A DNA stretch of 64,000 bases from an uncultured Candidatus Saccharibacteria bacterium (GTDB taxonomy: Bacteria > Patescibacteriota > Minisyncoccia > Phycocordibacterales > UBA918). Shown one piece after another: positions 27,804-37,646 of the stretch (position 1 is the stretch's first letter; the number at the start of each line of letters is the position of its first letter). The position numbers and the translations under genes are program-made. Below the pieces are notes generated by a model, which saw nothing but the letters and a program-made list of their open reading frames with translations, did not search any database and had not been told where the DNA came from. Where the stretch lies: assembly GCA_964350735.1 (NCBI GenBank), contig CAYGKO010000004.1:83583-147582 (forward strand), in the 5' to 3' direction.

Positions 27804-29108
27804 TTAAAAACTCAAGGTTATGCGATCAACTGCGTCACTCACTGCTTCACTAATCCGGGCACGGTTTGAGGCGACGTCTTCGATCATAGTTTGTAGTATA
27901 CCACCCGTACTGGCTGGATTCGGGTCGAGCCAACCGGCCGAGATAAGCGCCGCATTGAATATAATCTGTTCAAAGGCTCCGCTACTTCCTCCTCCTAAGA
28001 CCGAACGATGCACTGGTGCCATCTGCAATTCACGTGAGAGAGCGAGCGCGACATCTGGCCGCGCTAGTGTCTGAGCGGCGGCGTACGCCCCGTTACTATT
28101 GCCAGCTGCCCGTGGAATTGCAAAGCCGTAGAAATTACCGTACGTACGTCGAATCGTCGCGTTAGCTCCCTGCGGGACCATGGCAGCATCAAAGTTTAGA
28201 TTTGGATTACGATCAGAAATTAAACCGACTTCACTACCAAATCCAAAGTAAAGAGCGAGGTCGCCCGCGATAAAAGCAGTCCGGTCTTCGGCCAAAGCTC
28301 GATTCCAACTGTAGGCCGGGCTATTGGCGTTGGCGAAGTCTGTATAAAACTGCAGCGTCGCATCCATTGGCGCGCGACTGGTTTGCTGTCCTTGATTGAG
28401 AGCTACCACATACCCCCGATCTCCTTCTTCTACCATTCGACTACCCGACTGGAGTAAGAGCATTGAAAATACTGCCGTCGCATTACGGACGTTGCGGTAC
28501 TCACCAAAGGCAATTGCGCTACGTAGAATTGAACGATTACTATCACGCTGAGTCAGCGCTGGCACTACTGACCCCACTAATCCTTCCCACGTTGTTGGTG
28601 CTTGCGCTAGACCAGCGCCAGAAAAAATGTCGCGGTTCCAGTAGAGAATAATTGGATCAACCACAAACGGCAACGCGTAGACACCATCGCGTAACGCAAA
28701 GATCTCAGCTCCATCCACATAACTATCTCTGAATTGTCGTTCTGGTAAACTCTCGTATGGAATCGGAAGCAGCTTAGCTCGTAAATTCACGAGCTGGTGA
28801 TGTGGCAAGACAATAAGATCAGGCGAACGTCCTTCAGCGATAGCGTTCACTAAGTCACTATTAAAATTTCGCGCATCTACTTGGGTGTATCTAACCACTT
28901 TAAAGTTTTCGTTTTGGTCTTTCAGGGTATTGAAGATAGGAGTGAACGCCTCACTGGGTAATGAGCCCCAAATAATCACTTGCCCGCCATAGAGCTGCTC
29001 TTCAGTAGATGCACTCGGGCGATAATTACCAATCAGCACCAGTGCTACCAAAGCCATGACAGCAAAGACCGCCAGTAGAACAATTTGAAATGGTCGAAGA
29101 TTGCTCAT
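27804..29108 (-). CDS. Extracellular solute-binding protein (ABC-type SBP family 1-like) with an N-terminal TM anchor; orphan, no permease or ATPase nearby
   Basis: The pattern KVVRYTQVD...SPDLIVLPHHQLVNL...YALPFVVDPIILYWNRDIFSGAGLAQAPTTWEGL matches SBP_bac_1 hallmarks. Length is 434 aa. Confidence 0.55.
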   Translation of the reverse strand: MSNLRPFQIVLLAVFAVMALVALVLIGNYRPSASTEEQLYGGQVIIWGSLPSEAFTPIFNTLKDQNENFKVVRYTQVDARNFNSDLVNAIAEGRSPDLIVLPHHQLVNLRAKLLPIPYESLPERQFRDSYVDGAEIFALRDGVYALPFVVDPIILYWNRDIFSGAGLAQAPTTWEGLVGSVVPALTQRDSNRSILRSAIAFGEYRNVRNATAVFSMLLLQSGSRMVEEGDRGYVVALNQGQQTSRAPMDATLQFYTDFANANSPAYSWNRALAEDRTAFIAGDLALYFGFGSEVGLISDRNPNLNFDAAMVPQGANATIRRTYGNFYGFAIPRAAGNSNGAYAAAQTLARPDVALALSRELQMAPVHRSVLGGGSSGAFEQIIFNAALISAGWLDPNPASTGGILQTMIEDVASNRARISEAVSDAVDRITLSF

Positions 29109-29110
29109 AG

Positions 29111-29671
29111 CTATGGTTTACGAAAAGCTAATCCATAATGATGGTCGCCAGCATCGTAGGAACGTTCATACACAAAGCCAGCAGATTCCGCTAGAGCTTT
29201 CGTTGCGGATTCATCAAACACGTGACCTGGCTGTGGACCAAGTCCATTAAACGATTCACTCCAGTCAACCACAAACAGCTTGCCCCCTGATCTCAGCGTG
29301 CGGCTGATCTCTTGTAAAGCTATTGCTTTGTCATCCATTTGAAACAGTGTATTGATAAGGATTGCAGCGTCGAGCACTTCTGATTCTAATTTAGAACCCT
29401 GCAGGACTTCCAAATCGCACCATAACGTATCGATATTATTCAGCTGTTCTTTTCGAGCGATTTCCCCTAACTTCTCCACCAAACTCTTTTGGATTTCGCA
29501 GGCATAAATACGACCAGAACTCTCCACTGCTGCAGCCAAAGCTTTAAGGAAATAGCCACTGCCAGCTCCGAAATCAGCCACGATATCACCCGGGCGCAAG
29601 TGGAAATGCCCAACCACTTTGTCAGGTTCTACGAAGCGACCGGTCATGGGTGGGGTTTGATTCATTATCAA
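29111..29671 (-). CDS. Class I SAM-dependent methyltransferase
   Basis: Motif I VADFGAGSGYF. Post-I acidic residue. Motif LFVVDW. Length is 186 aa. Confidence 0.75.
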   Translation of the reverse strand: MIMNQTPPMTGRFVEPDKVVGHFHLRPGDIVADFGAGSGYFLKALAAAVESSGRIYACEIQKSLVEKLGEIARKEQLNNIDTLWCDLEVLQGSKLESEVLDAAILINTLFQMDDKAIALQEISRTLRSGGKLFVVDWSESFNGLGPQPGHVFDESATKALAESAGFVYERSYDAGDHHYGLAFRKP

Positions 29672-29710
29672 TAAGTATACCGCACGAATATTTGTAAAAT
29701 AATCATGATG

Positions 29711-30064
29711 TTAGTTATTAGTTGTTGGCACGTCAGGCACCCGCTGCAATCGTACTTCTTCACGCACGTTGATACCGGCTTCACCGTCACCATCTAAATC
29801 TGAATTGGTGACCAAACCTGAGTACGCAGAACCAAGCCAGATGAATCCCATAACGATTCCGTAAATAGCCAAACCTAATAGGAACAAAAGGAATGACCAG
29901 AGAAGCTGCTCACGGCCTTCTTCTCGTTTAGGCTCTTCACCGGGACCAATCACGAAGTAATTGATGCAACCATACAAAAACATAATCAAACCGATCGCAA
30001 AAATAAACGGGATTAGATAGACCGTGAAAAACGTAAAGACATACCCAAGAATAGTCGATATCAT
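29711..30064 (-). CDS. VirB2/TrbC-like small two-TM protein with a C-terminal RVPDVPTTNN motif
   Basis: LIPFIFAIGLIMFLYGCINYFVIGPGEEPKREEGREQLLWSFLLFLLGLAIYGIVMGFIWL. Confidence 0.55.
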   Translation of the reverse strand: MISTILGYVFTFFTVYLIPFIFAIGLIMFLYGCINYFVIGPGEEPKREEGREQLLWSFLLFLLGLAIYGIVMGFIWLGSAYSGLVTNSDLDGDGEAGINVREEVRLQRVPDVPTTNN

Positions 30065-30162
30065 TCCGTATAGTGTAGCATTTTGATTTGGGTGCGCTGC
30101 GGAGAAAAGAGGAAAACGGCCGCAAGCAAAGCTTGCGGCCGTTTTCCTCTTTTACGCCACTC

Positions 30163-32640
30163 TTAGGTCATCACCACGATCGTCGCGATCGAGTCACCAG
30201 CCCGCATCTTCATCACCTTCACTCCTTGTGTATCACGTCCTAATGTCGGAACATCCTTGAGAGGCAACTTGATCACTTGTCCTTTTTTACTCATTACTAC
30301 CAACTCGCCTTCGGCTTTTTCTTCTTGCGAAAGCACTGCTCCACCGACTAGTTTTCCAGTTTTGCTGGTCACCTTTGCTGTCTTAATACCACTACCACCT
30401 CGATTTTGCACTTTGTATTCCTTGGCTGGTGTGGTTTTTCCAAATCCGTTTTCCATGACTACCAATATCTCTCTATCAGTATTACCAGCAGCCAATACTT
30501 CAGCCGAAACTAGGTAGTCGTCTTTTTTCAGCTTCATCGCTCCGACTCCAGCCGCTGTACGGCCCATTTGTCGTACATCGCTCGCTTTGAATCGAATTGC
30601 CTGTCCTTCATGAGAGATGATAGACACCTCATCTTTTGGACCAATGAACTGGGCTGCAATGAGTGCATCATCATCCTTAAGCGTAATAGCAATCAGTCCA
30701 CTTCGGCGCACATCTTTGAAGGAGGCTGCATCAGATTTTTTAGCGACGCCATTTTTCGTGACCATCATCAAGCTCCAGTCACCTGTCCACTCATCTTTTC
30801 GCACCGGCAATACTGATGTGACTTTTTCATCACCGTTAACTGACAAGAAGTTAGCAATTGACTTTCCTTTAGTAGCCCGTCTTCCTTCGGGGATTTCGTA
30901 CATTTTGCACTGATAGACTTTTCCTTTATCGGTAAAGAAAAGAAGATCACTGTGTGATGAGGTAGTCAAAAGCATTGTCACCACATCTTCTTCTTTAGTA
31001 TTTAAGTCAACTACACCAACACCACCCCGCTTCTGCACCTTATACTCAGCTGGATTGGTTCGTTTGACGTACCCACCCTGAGTCAGCACCAACACAGACT
31101 CTTCGTCTGCAATCAAGTCTTCAGCTGACATGTTTTTGACGCCGCCCTTTACAATCTTCGTGCGGCGTTCATCACCAAACTTCTCAGCAATCTCTTCGAG
31201 ATCTTGCTTCACGATTGCCATCATCTTCTTCTTGCTTTTAAGGATCGCGTCAAGCTCTTTGATCAGCTTCTGGATCTCTTTTAGCTCATCCTCAATTTTC
31301 TTGCGCTCGAGGCCAGCCAACTTCTGTAGTCGCATGTCAAGAATCGCTTGCGCCTGAACCTCTGAAAACTTAAATTCCTTCATCAACTTAGCGTGCGCTT
31401 CAGGCACATCTTTGGCAGCTCGAATGATCTTGATGATCTTGTCGATGTGGTCAAGAGCCTTCTTTAGCCCAAGCAAGATATGTTCGCGGTCTTGAGCCTT
31501 ATTAAGGTCGTACTGCGTTCGACGTCGAATAACTTCTGCTCGGTGCTTAACGAACTCCTGCAGAATTGTTTTCAATGACACTGTCTGAGGTACGCCATCC
31601 ACAAGCGCCACCATATTGTAGTGGAACTTATCTTCGAGCTGCGTGTGCTTGTAGAGCTTATTTAAAACTGTCTGCGGGTTAGCACCGCTCTTAAGGTCGA
31701 TCACTACTCGGATATCGCTGGTTGACTCATCACGCATTTCTTTGATACCTTCCACCTTTTTGTCTCGTACCAAATTCGCAATCTTCTCCTGCATATCTGC
31801 TTTGTTCACACGGAACGGGATCGATGTAATGACGATTGAGAAGTTTCCTTTTTTGTCTTCAACTATTTCAGCTTCGCCGCGCACTACCACACCACCGCGT
31901 CCATTGGCGTACGCGTGAGCGATATCTTTTTTATTAAAAGCCACTCCTCCCATCGGGAAGTCTGGACCTTGTACAAACTTAAGCAGATCATCAGTGGAGG
32001 CACTTGGATTATCGATCAAGTGTCCTACTGCCGCTGAAATTTCTCGCAGGTTGTGTGGTGGGATATTGGTCGCCATTCCCACGGCAATTCCAAGGGTTCC
32101 CATGAGGAGTAGGTTTGGCACAGCAGCTGGCAGTACCACCGGCTCTTTCTTGGTACCGTCGAAGTTTGGTCGCCAGTCGACAGTATCTTTTTCAAGGTCA
32201 CGCAGCATCTCTTCTGCCACCTTAGACATCTTCGCCTCAGTATATCGATACGCCGCTGCTGAGTCACCGTCGATTGAACCAAAGTTTCCTTGCCCGATTA
32301 CGAGTGGGTAACGAGTCGAGAATGTTTGAGCCAGCTTTACCATTGATTCGTACACTGCAACGTCACCATGCGGGTGAAAGCTACCCAAAACGTCTCCCAC
32401 TACCGTCGCAGACTTTTTAAACTTCGCGGTTGAGGTCAGACCATTAAGGCGCATCGAATACAAAATACGACGATGTACCGGCTTCAGCCCGTCGCGAATA
32501 TCAGGCAGGGCTCGACTGGTGATTACACTCATCGCGTAGTCGAGATAGGCAGTTTGCATCTCGTCAGTAATATTCTGTGGAATGATTCCACGAGCCTGTT
32601 CTGGGATTGGTGCGTCAGCTTTAGTGGTCTTTTTCGGCAT
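30163..32640 (-). CDS. gyrA: DNA gyrase subunit A
   Basis: Length is 825 aa. N-terminal [12 protein letters not shown] with the catalytic Tyr region. C-terminal beta-pinwheel repeats. gyrB is not adjacent. Confidence 0.93.
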   Translation of the reverse strand: MPKKTTKADAPIPEQARGIIPQNITDEMQTAYLDYAMSVITSRALPDIRDGLKPVHRRILYSMRLNGLTSTAKFKKSATVVGDVLGSFHPHGDVAVYESMVKLAQTFSTRYPLVIGQGNFGSIDGDSAAAYRYTEAKMSKVAEEMLRDLEKDTVDWRPNFDGTKKEPVVLPAAVPNLLLMGTLGIAVGMATNIPPHNLREISAAVGHLIDNPSASTDDLLKFVQGPDFPMGGVAFNKKDIAHAYANGRGGVVVRGEAEIVEDKKGNFSIVITSIPFRVNKADMQEKIANLVRDKKVEGIKEMRDESTSDIRVVIDLKSGANPQTVLNKLYKHTQLEDKFHYNMVALVDGVPQTVSLKTILQEFVKHRAEVIRRRTQYDLNKAQDREHILLGLKKALDHIDKIIKIIRAAKDVPEAHAKLMKEFKFSEVQAQAILDMRLQKLAGLERKKIEDELKEIQKLIKELDAILKSKKKMMAIVKQDLEEIAEKFGDERRTKIVKGGVKNMSAEDLIADEESVLVLTQGGYVKRTNPAEYKVQKRGGVGVVDLNTKEEDVVTMLLTTSSHSDLLFFTDKGKVYQCKMYEIPEGRRATKGKSIANFLSVNGDEKVTSVLPVRKDEWTGDWSLMMVTKNGVAKKSDAASFKDVRRSGLIAITLKDDDALIAAQFIGPKDEVSIISHEGQAIRFKASDVRQMGRTAAGVGAMKLKKDDYLVSAEVLAAGNTDREILVVMENGFGKTTPAKEYKVQNRGGSGIKTAKVTSKTGKLVGGAVLSQEEKAEGELVVMSKKGQVIKLPLKDVPTLGRDTQGVKVMKMRAGDSIATIVVMT

Positions 32641-32692
32641 AAGTAATCAGAATAAAACTATAAAATATGGCAATATCATACCACGATCACCC

Positions 32693-33136
32693 CTACTCGG
32701 ACTCTAGCGAATTGGCTGAAGTTGTGGCAATAAGAATTCGCTTTGGAGCGGGTGCTGGTGCAAGAACTTCTTCTACGCTAGTTGATGCCGCCACTCCGGC
32801 CGTGAACGTAGGGGCCGTAGGTGTTGAAGTTGTCGAAGCAATATCTGCCTCAGGTGCAGAGTCTTGGGCGGTAGAACTACCTTGGAACGCACTCAGTATA
32901 TTTGCCACTCCATCACCAATTTCAGCAAAAAATTCAGATGTCAGGCCGGTCTGTTCTTCTGCGTCAGCGATTGTCTCTGGTGCTCGAGAAGATAGTACAC
33001 TCGGCAGCGCCACCGCCCACAACAAAGCAATCACGGTCGTGACAATGACAGCTCCTGCAAAGGCGTACTGATTTTTGACAGATTTAGGCTGCTGACGCAA
33101 CGCTTCGAGCTTACTCATATAAATATAGTATATCAC
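32693..33136 (-). CDS. Hypothetical single-TM protein with a Thr/Ser/Ala-rich extracellular tail
   Basis: TM segment AFAGAVIVTTVIALLWAVALP followed by a low-complexity region. Confidence 0.45.
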   Translation of the reverse strand: MIYYIYMSKLEALRQQPKSVKNQYAFAGAVIVTTVIALLWAVALPSVLSSRAPETIADAEEQTGLTSEFFAEIGDGVANILSAFQGSSTAQDSAPEADIASTTSTPTAPTFTAGVAASTSVEEVLAPAPAPKRILIATTSANSLESE

Positions 33137-33235
33137 CAGAAACTAGTACCAAAATAGTTAGGACGTACGCCCTACGATCTCTTTCTACGAAAGCGGTACA
33201 CCTTGTCGATATTTCTTCCAGAAATATCTGGCAAG

Positions 33236-33389
33236 GTCTTGCGATCGCAGCACGGTGCTTACGCACCTAGCACTACGATCTTTTCTTACAGAAACTGTCC
33301 ACTCATTGGATCTTTTGCTCCTGGCGTCACAAAAGCTCTCAATGAGTCTTGCGATCGCAGCACGGTGCTTACGCACCTAACACTACGAT
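33236..33389. repeat. Two 46-nt direct repeats separated by a 62-nt unique spacer, with a degenerate third copy upstream at about 33160-33182
   Basis: gtcttgcgatcgcagcacggtgcttacgcacctagcactacgatct at 33236-33281. The same at 33344-33389 with one mismatch (g to a). It contains the gcgatcgc palindrome. Confidence 0.7.
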
Positions 33390-33998
33390 CTCACCTTGTT
33401 TTTCAGCTAAATCTTTCTTCTTAAGTGTGAGTTTATCGATCGCTTTAGTACCCTCTGCACTTTCCTCTTTCAAAAATGCTTTTAGAGCCGTCGCATCGTA
33501 ATGCATTGGGATCACTACTCTGGCTTCGAGCTTCACGCCCAACTTTGAAGCTTGTGGTACTTCGAGCACATCGCCGCCGCCAATTGGTACAAACAAGATA
33601 TCAATATCTCCAAACTCTCCCAGAATCTTCGGGTCAATATCAGTATCACCCAGTGCGCCCAAGAAAATAATATTCATCCCTTCGAGCTGCACTTGGTAGA
33701 TAGTGTTAAAGCGCTCTACGTTATCGTATGTCGTAGCTACCGCCCACCCACGTGCAGTTACGTCACCAACTTCGTACTCCCCAGGAGTATCAACAATAAA
33801 GGGTTGCTTGTTGCCGTGCGCTACTTGATCAACACCATTAAAGTTCGGATGTTGCAATGAGACAAAGGCCACATCGGAACCAAATTTAGCTGGAGGTAGT
33901 TTTGATTTCTTAGAAATAGGGTCAAAGGCCAGGGTTGTATCGCCAAACGATACCTTGAAGCACTGGCCGCCGTGGTGTGTGATTATCATAGTGCGCAC
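33369..33998 (-). CDS. MBL-fold metal-dependent hydrolase (Lactamase_B_3-like)
   Basis: N-terminus MIITHHGGQCFKVSFGDTTLAFDP is typical of the UlaG-like/YtkL MBL family. Length is 209 aa. Confidence 0.6.
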   Translation of the reverse strand: MRTMIITHHGGQCFKVSFGDTTLAFDPISKKSKLPPAKFGSDVAFVSLQHPNFNGVDQVAHGNKQPFIVDTPGEYEVGDVTARGWAVATTYDNVERFNTIYQVQLEGMNIIFLGALGDTDIDPKILGEFGDIDILFVPIGGGDVLEVPQASKLGVKLEARVVIPMHYDATALKAFLKEESAEGTKAIDKLTLKKKDLAEKQGEIVVLGA

Positions 33999-34436
33999 AT
34001 CATACCAAGAACCGCGCGCAAAATGAAACTGGCGTTCCCTTTGCCGATGGTCCGGTCATTACAAAACTTTTTATATGTACTATTTGTTTTACATATCAGG
34101 AGGAGCTCATGAAAACTATTCAAAACATCTTGTGGTTCATTCGACTGCTGGTCGATTCCAAAAATATGGGCTTCAGCCAGGAAGTCGGTGTTGATACCAC
34201 CTACCGCAGCTGGGGTGACGCGTGAGCGCGTCACCCTCTTTTTTTACAGCTAAACCCTTTACCTTTTCCCACATTCTGGTATATTTGCCTCACTTCGTAA
34301 GAAGATTATCAGTTCCTAGCGGCACACGATAAAACCTGGACTCATGAACACGGCCGGTTAGAAGATCTCTCTGAGATTTCCTCACTTCGCGCAACGGTTG
34401 TCCAGAAGCGTGTCGTCGGAATAAAAATAAATAAAT

Positions 34437-35576
34437 ATGTCAGAACTAGAAATGACGGTCACTGACCGAGTTTCAACGCCAGTGGATCTAACTGATCCAA
34501 CCCAGCTCGATACAGCTATGTACAAACTGGCAAACCAAAGCCCTAACCCACCAGAGTTAGGCGACATCGTAGAAGGAACCGTATCAGCGATCGGACGAGC
34601 GCGTGTACTTATCGAGCTCAACCCATTTGGTGCTGGTCTTATTTATGGACGTGAGTTCATGAACGCCCGTGATATCTTGCGTAAGGTATCAGTTGGTGAC
34701 ACCATCGCTGCCAAAGTAGTAGATGCTGGCAACGAAGACGGTTACATCGAACTATCCCTCAAGGAAGCTCGTCAGGCTCTTATTTGGAGCGACGCTGAAG
34801 CAGCGCAACGAGAACAAAAAGTTCTTAGTCTTGAAGTTAAAGAAGCCAACAAGGGTGGACTTATCCTTGACTGGCAAGGTATCCACGGCTTCCTACCCGC
34901 TTCACAGCTGTCAGCTGACAACTACCCACGCGTCGACAACGGTGACAAAGAGAAGATCTTCTCTGCGCTGCAAGAGCTGGTTGGTAAATTCCTTTCAGTC
35001 GTAATCATCACCGCTGACCAAAAAGAAGGCAAACTAATCTTCTCTGAAAAGGGACCACAAGAAAAAGTTGAGAAAGAAGAAAAAGTATCTCGCTACGAAG
35101 TTGGCGACACACTTAAGGGAGAAGTAACTGGTGCTGTAGACTTCGGTGTCTTCGTAAAGATCGAAGACGGTCTGGAAGGACTCGTACACATCTCTGAACT
35201 CGACTGGGGTCTGGTGGAAGACACGCGAACTCTCTACAAGGTTGGTGACAAGGTTGATGTGAAGGTGATCGAAGTCAAAGACGACAAGATCTCACTCTCA
35301 ATCAAGCAACTGAAGGCAAACCCTTGGCAAGTAGCCGCTGACAAGTACAAGAAGGACCAGACTGTAGAAGGGGTGGTCATCAAGTACAACAAGCACGGCG
35401 CCCTCGCTTCAATCGAAGAAGGAGTAGCTGGACTCGTCCACATCTCAGAATTCGAAACTGAACAAGGACTCAAAGATGCTCTGTCACTCGGCAGTGTCTA
35501 CAAGTTCAAGATCACTTTGTTTGAACCAAAGGATCAGCGGATGACACTACAATTCAAAGAAGTCGACCAAGCGTAA
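34437..35576 (+). CDS. rpsA: 30S ribosomal protein S1 (four S1 domains)
   Basis: Repeated S1 OB-fold motifs GDIVEGTV, GDTLKGEV and VEGVVIKY. Length is 379 aa. Confidence 0.85.
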   Translation: MSELEMTVTDRVSTPVDLTDPTQLDTAMYKLANQSPNPPELGDIVEGTVSAIGRARVLIELNPFGAGLIYGREFMNARDILRKVSVGDTIAAKVVDAGNEDGYIELSLKEARQALIWSDAEAAQREQKVLSLEVKEANKGGLILDWQGIHGFLPASQLSADNYPRVDNGDKEKIFSALQELVGKFLSVVIITADQKEGKLIFSEKGPQEKVEKEEKVSRYEVGDTLKGEVTGAVDFGVFVKIEDGLEGLVHISELDWGLVEDTRTLYKVGDKVDVKVIEVKDDKISLSIKQLKANPWQVAADKYKKDQTVEGVVIKYNKHGALASIEEGVAGLVHISEFETEQGLKDALSLGSVYKFKITLFEPKDQRMTLQFKEVDQA

Positions 35577-35600
35577 TCAGATCATTTCGATTTAGCGTAC

Positions 35601-35627
35601 AAAAAACTGGCCACTGGCCAGTTTTTT
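35601..35627. terminator. Terminator after rpsA
   Basis: aaaaaactggcca-c-tggccagttttttgtg. Confidence 0.8.
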
Positions 35628-36015
35628 GTGCGTATGATTGCCGACAAACCATAAATATGATTTGATAGCTGTAAAGGAGGACGTTCCATGTCAGAAATAG
35701 ACGACGCAATTACAGAGCTGAAGCAAACACTCAATGATGCGGTTAGATTCATCGGTTGGCGGATGTTTTACATTATGCTTGGGGGACTCGGAATTGCATG
35801 CAATATTCCCCTCAAATATGGTGCGGGATACCTTCCGCCGCTGGAAGAACAAATCTATAGAACAGCCGTGCCTCTCGGCTGTCTGATCACTCTCTGGCAG
35901 ATCTATCGATGCTGGAACTGGTATTGGTCGATACAATCGGAGAATTAGCGAATACAACGGCGCACACCCGTCCGGAACCACCTTGGTTTCGGCCGGGTTT
36001 TTTAGTATCTCTCAT

Positions 36016-36693
36016 TTAATTAAACCGATTCATTGCCTGCTCTACTCCATCAGTAATGATAGTGGCAATGATCTGGGGGATTTGCTCTTTCACCGCTTCG
36101 AGATGCTTCTGTTCACTACTGCCAAACTTCCCCAATACATAATTCGGCAGCTTCGCTCCGGCAGGCCGCTTGGTCTTCCCGGTCCAAAAGCTTTTCGGCG
36201 ATATCCCGACTCTGATCCGTACAAACTCCTTAGTACCAAGTGACTGCACGATCGACTTAATGCCATTGTGTCCCCCATCACCCCGACCAAACGACACCTT
36301 CACTTCTCCTACCGCTAAATCAACTTCGTCATATACCACAATCAACTGCGCACTCTCAGTTTTTGGCACCAGCTTCGCCACCGCACTACCCGACTTATTC
36401 ATAAACGTATCCGGATACAGCAGAGTGACATCTATGCCACTCAATACTCCTTCTGAGATCCTTCCCGCGTATTTGGCAGACTGGATCAAATCCGGCAGCC
36501 CGCACTGCTCCCGCAACGCGTCCAGCATAATCCAGCCAACATTGTGTCGGGTATCTGCGTATTTCTCTCCCGGATTACCAAGTCCAACAATATAAAAGGG
36601 TTCCCTTTTGCTATCTGCGCTCACTCGGTCATGCTCAAACTCGCTATTCACTACGTTTTGATCACGACTCTCATTCGTTTGATAGTAAAACAT
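36016..36693 (-). CDS. pth: Peptidyl-tRNA hydrolase
   Basis: IVGLGNPG...RHNVGW N-terminal signature. It carries a ~35-aa N-terminal extension; the first 13 aa overlap lepB on the opposite strand. Confidence 0.85.
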   Translation of the reverse strand: MFYYQTNESRDQNVVNSEFEHDRVSADSKREPFYIVGLGNPGEKYADTRHNVGWIMLDALREQCGLPDLIQSAKYAGRISEGVLSGIDVTLLYPDTFMNKSGSAVAKLVPKTESAQLIVVYDEVDLAVGEVKVSFGRGDGGHNGIKSIVQSLGTKEFVRIRVGISPKSFWTGKTKRPAGAKLPNYVLGKFGSSEQKHLEAVKEQIPQIIATIITDGVEQAMNRFN

Positions 36694-36996
36694 ACGAACA
36701 GTATATCTCGGACACCTCGTCTGCCAAAGCTAGTGAGAGAGCAGCTAGATTTGAGAGAATTTGGCTGAGCACGTCATGTGGTGATTTAAGAGACTAAGAC
36801 TTGGGCAAGCGGCCCGGAGCGGTCTTTCTAATTAAGGCAGGACAGAGTCGTACGGTGGCTGCTGGTATGAGGCGATCCGCAGCGAAATATTCAAAGCGAG
36901 GACTTCTCGTCTCATACCAGCAGCCACTGTACGACCACAAAACACAAAATTTGTGGCGAAGGTTGTTTTCATTTATACTAGTGTCACTACGCGGTT

Positions 36997-37641
36997 ATGA
37001 ATATGTTCAAATCTAGTTCTAAGGAAGAAAAAGACACTATTCTTGATGCCGCAGAACTAACTCCCGAAGAACATCCGCTCACCGAGATCATCCGCTTCTC
37101 CATCATCGCACTTATCATCGTGATCCCGATCCGCATGTTTGTCGCCCAACCATTTATCGTCTCTGGCTCATCAATGGAAAATACTTTTCAGAGCGGCCAG
37201 TACCTGATCGTCGACCAAATCACCTACAAATTTGAAGAGCCAAAGCGGGGCGACGTCATTATCTTCCGCTATCCACGAGATATTTCTAAATTCTTCATCA
37301 AGCGCGTGATTGGACTCCCGGGCGATACCATCAGCATTGATGGCAACGTGGTCACCCTGAGCAATGAAACCCACCCTAACGGCATCGTGATTGATGAGCC
37401 ATATATTGCCTCTATGCAGCCCAACACCCGCCTCACCGAAGACCTGAGCGAAGGTGAATACTTTGTTATGGGCGACAACCGCGACGCCAGCTCTGACTCA
37501 CGAATGTGGGGAATCCTTCATGAAGACAAGATTGTCGGTCGCGCCCTGCTTCGACTGTTTCCGCTCACTGAGATTGGAACGTTCCCAGGAGGATACGACA
37601 CTGATGCCGTATTATCAGCCGAAGTTAGTAGTTTAGAATAA
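36997..37641 (+). CDS. lepB: Signal peptidase I
   Basis: Catalytic Ser box SGSSMENTF, Lys box KRVIGLPGD and GDNRDASSDSRMWG. Confidence 0.9.
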   Translation: MNMFKSSSKEEKDTILDAAELTPEEHPLTEIIRFSIIALIIVIPIRMFVAQPFIVSGSSMENTFQSGQYLIVDQITYKFEEPKRGDVIIFRYPRDISKFFIKRVIGLPGDTISIDGNVVTLSNETHPNGIVIDEPYIASMQPNTRLTEDLSEGEYFVMGDNRDASSDSRMWGILHEDKIVGRALLRLFPLTEIGTFPGGYDTDAVLSAEVSSLE

Positions 37642-37646
37642 TAGTT

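Noticed and set aside
33236-33389. Calling this a bona fide CRISPR array
   Set aside because: Only about 2.5 repeat units are present, there are no cas genes in the window, and the repeats overlap small ORFs. It is reported as a CRISPR-like repeat finding instead.
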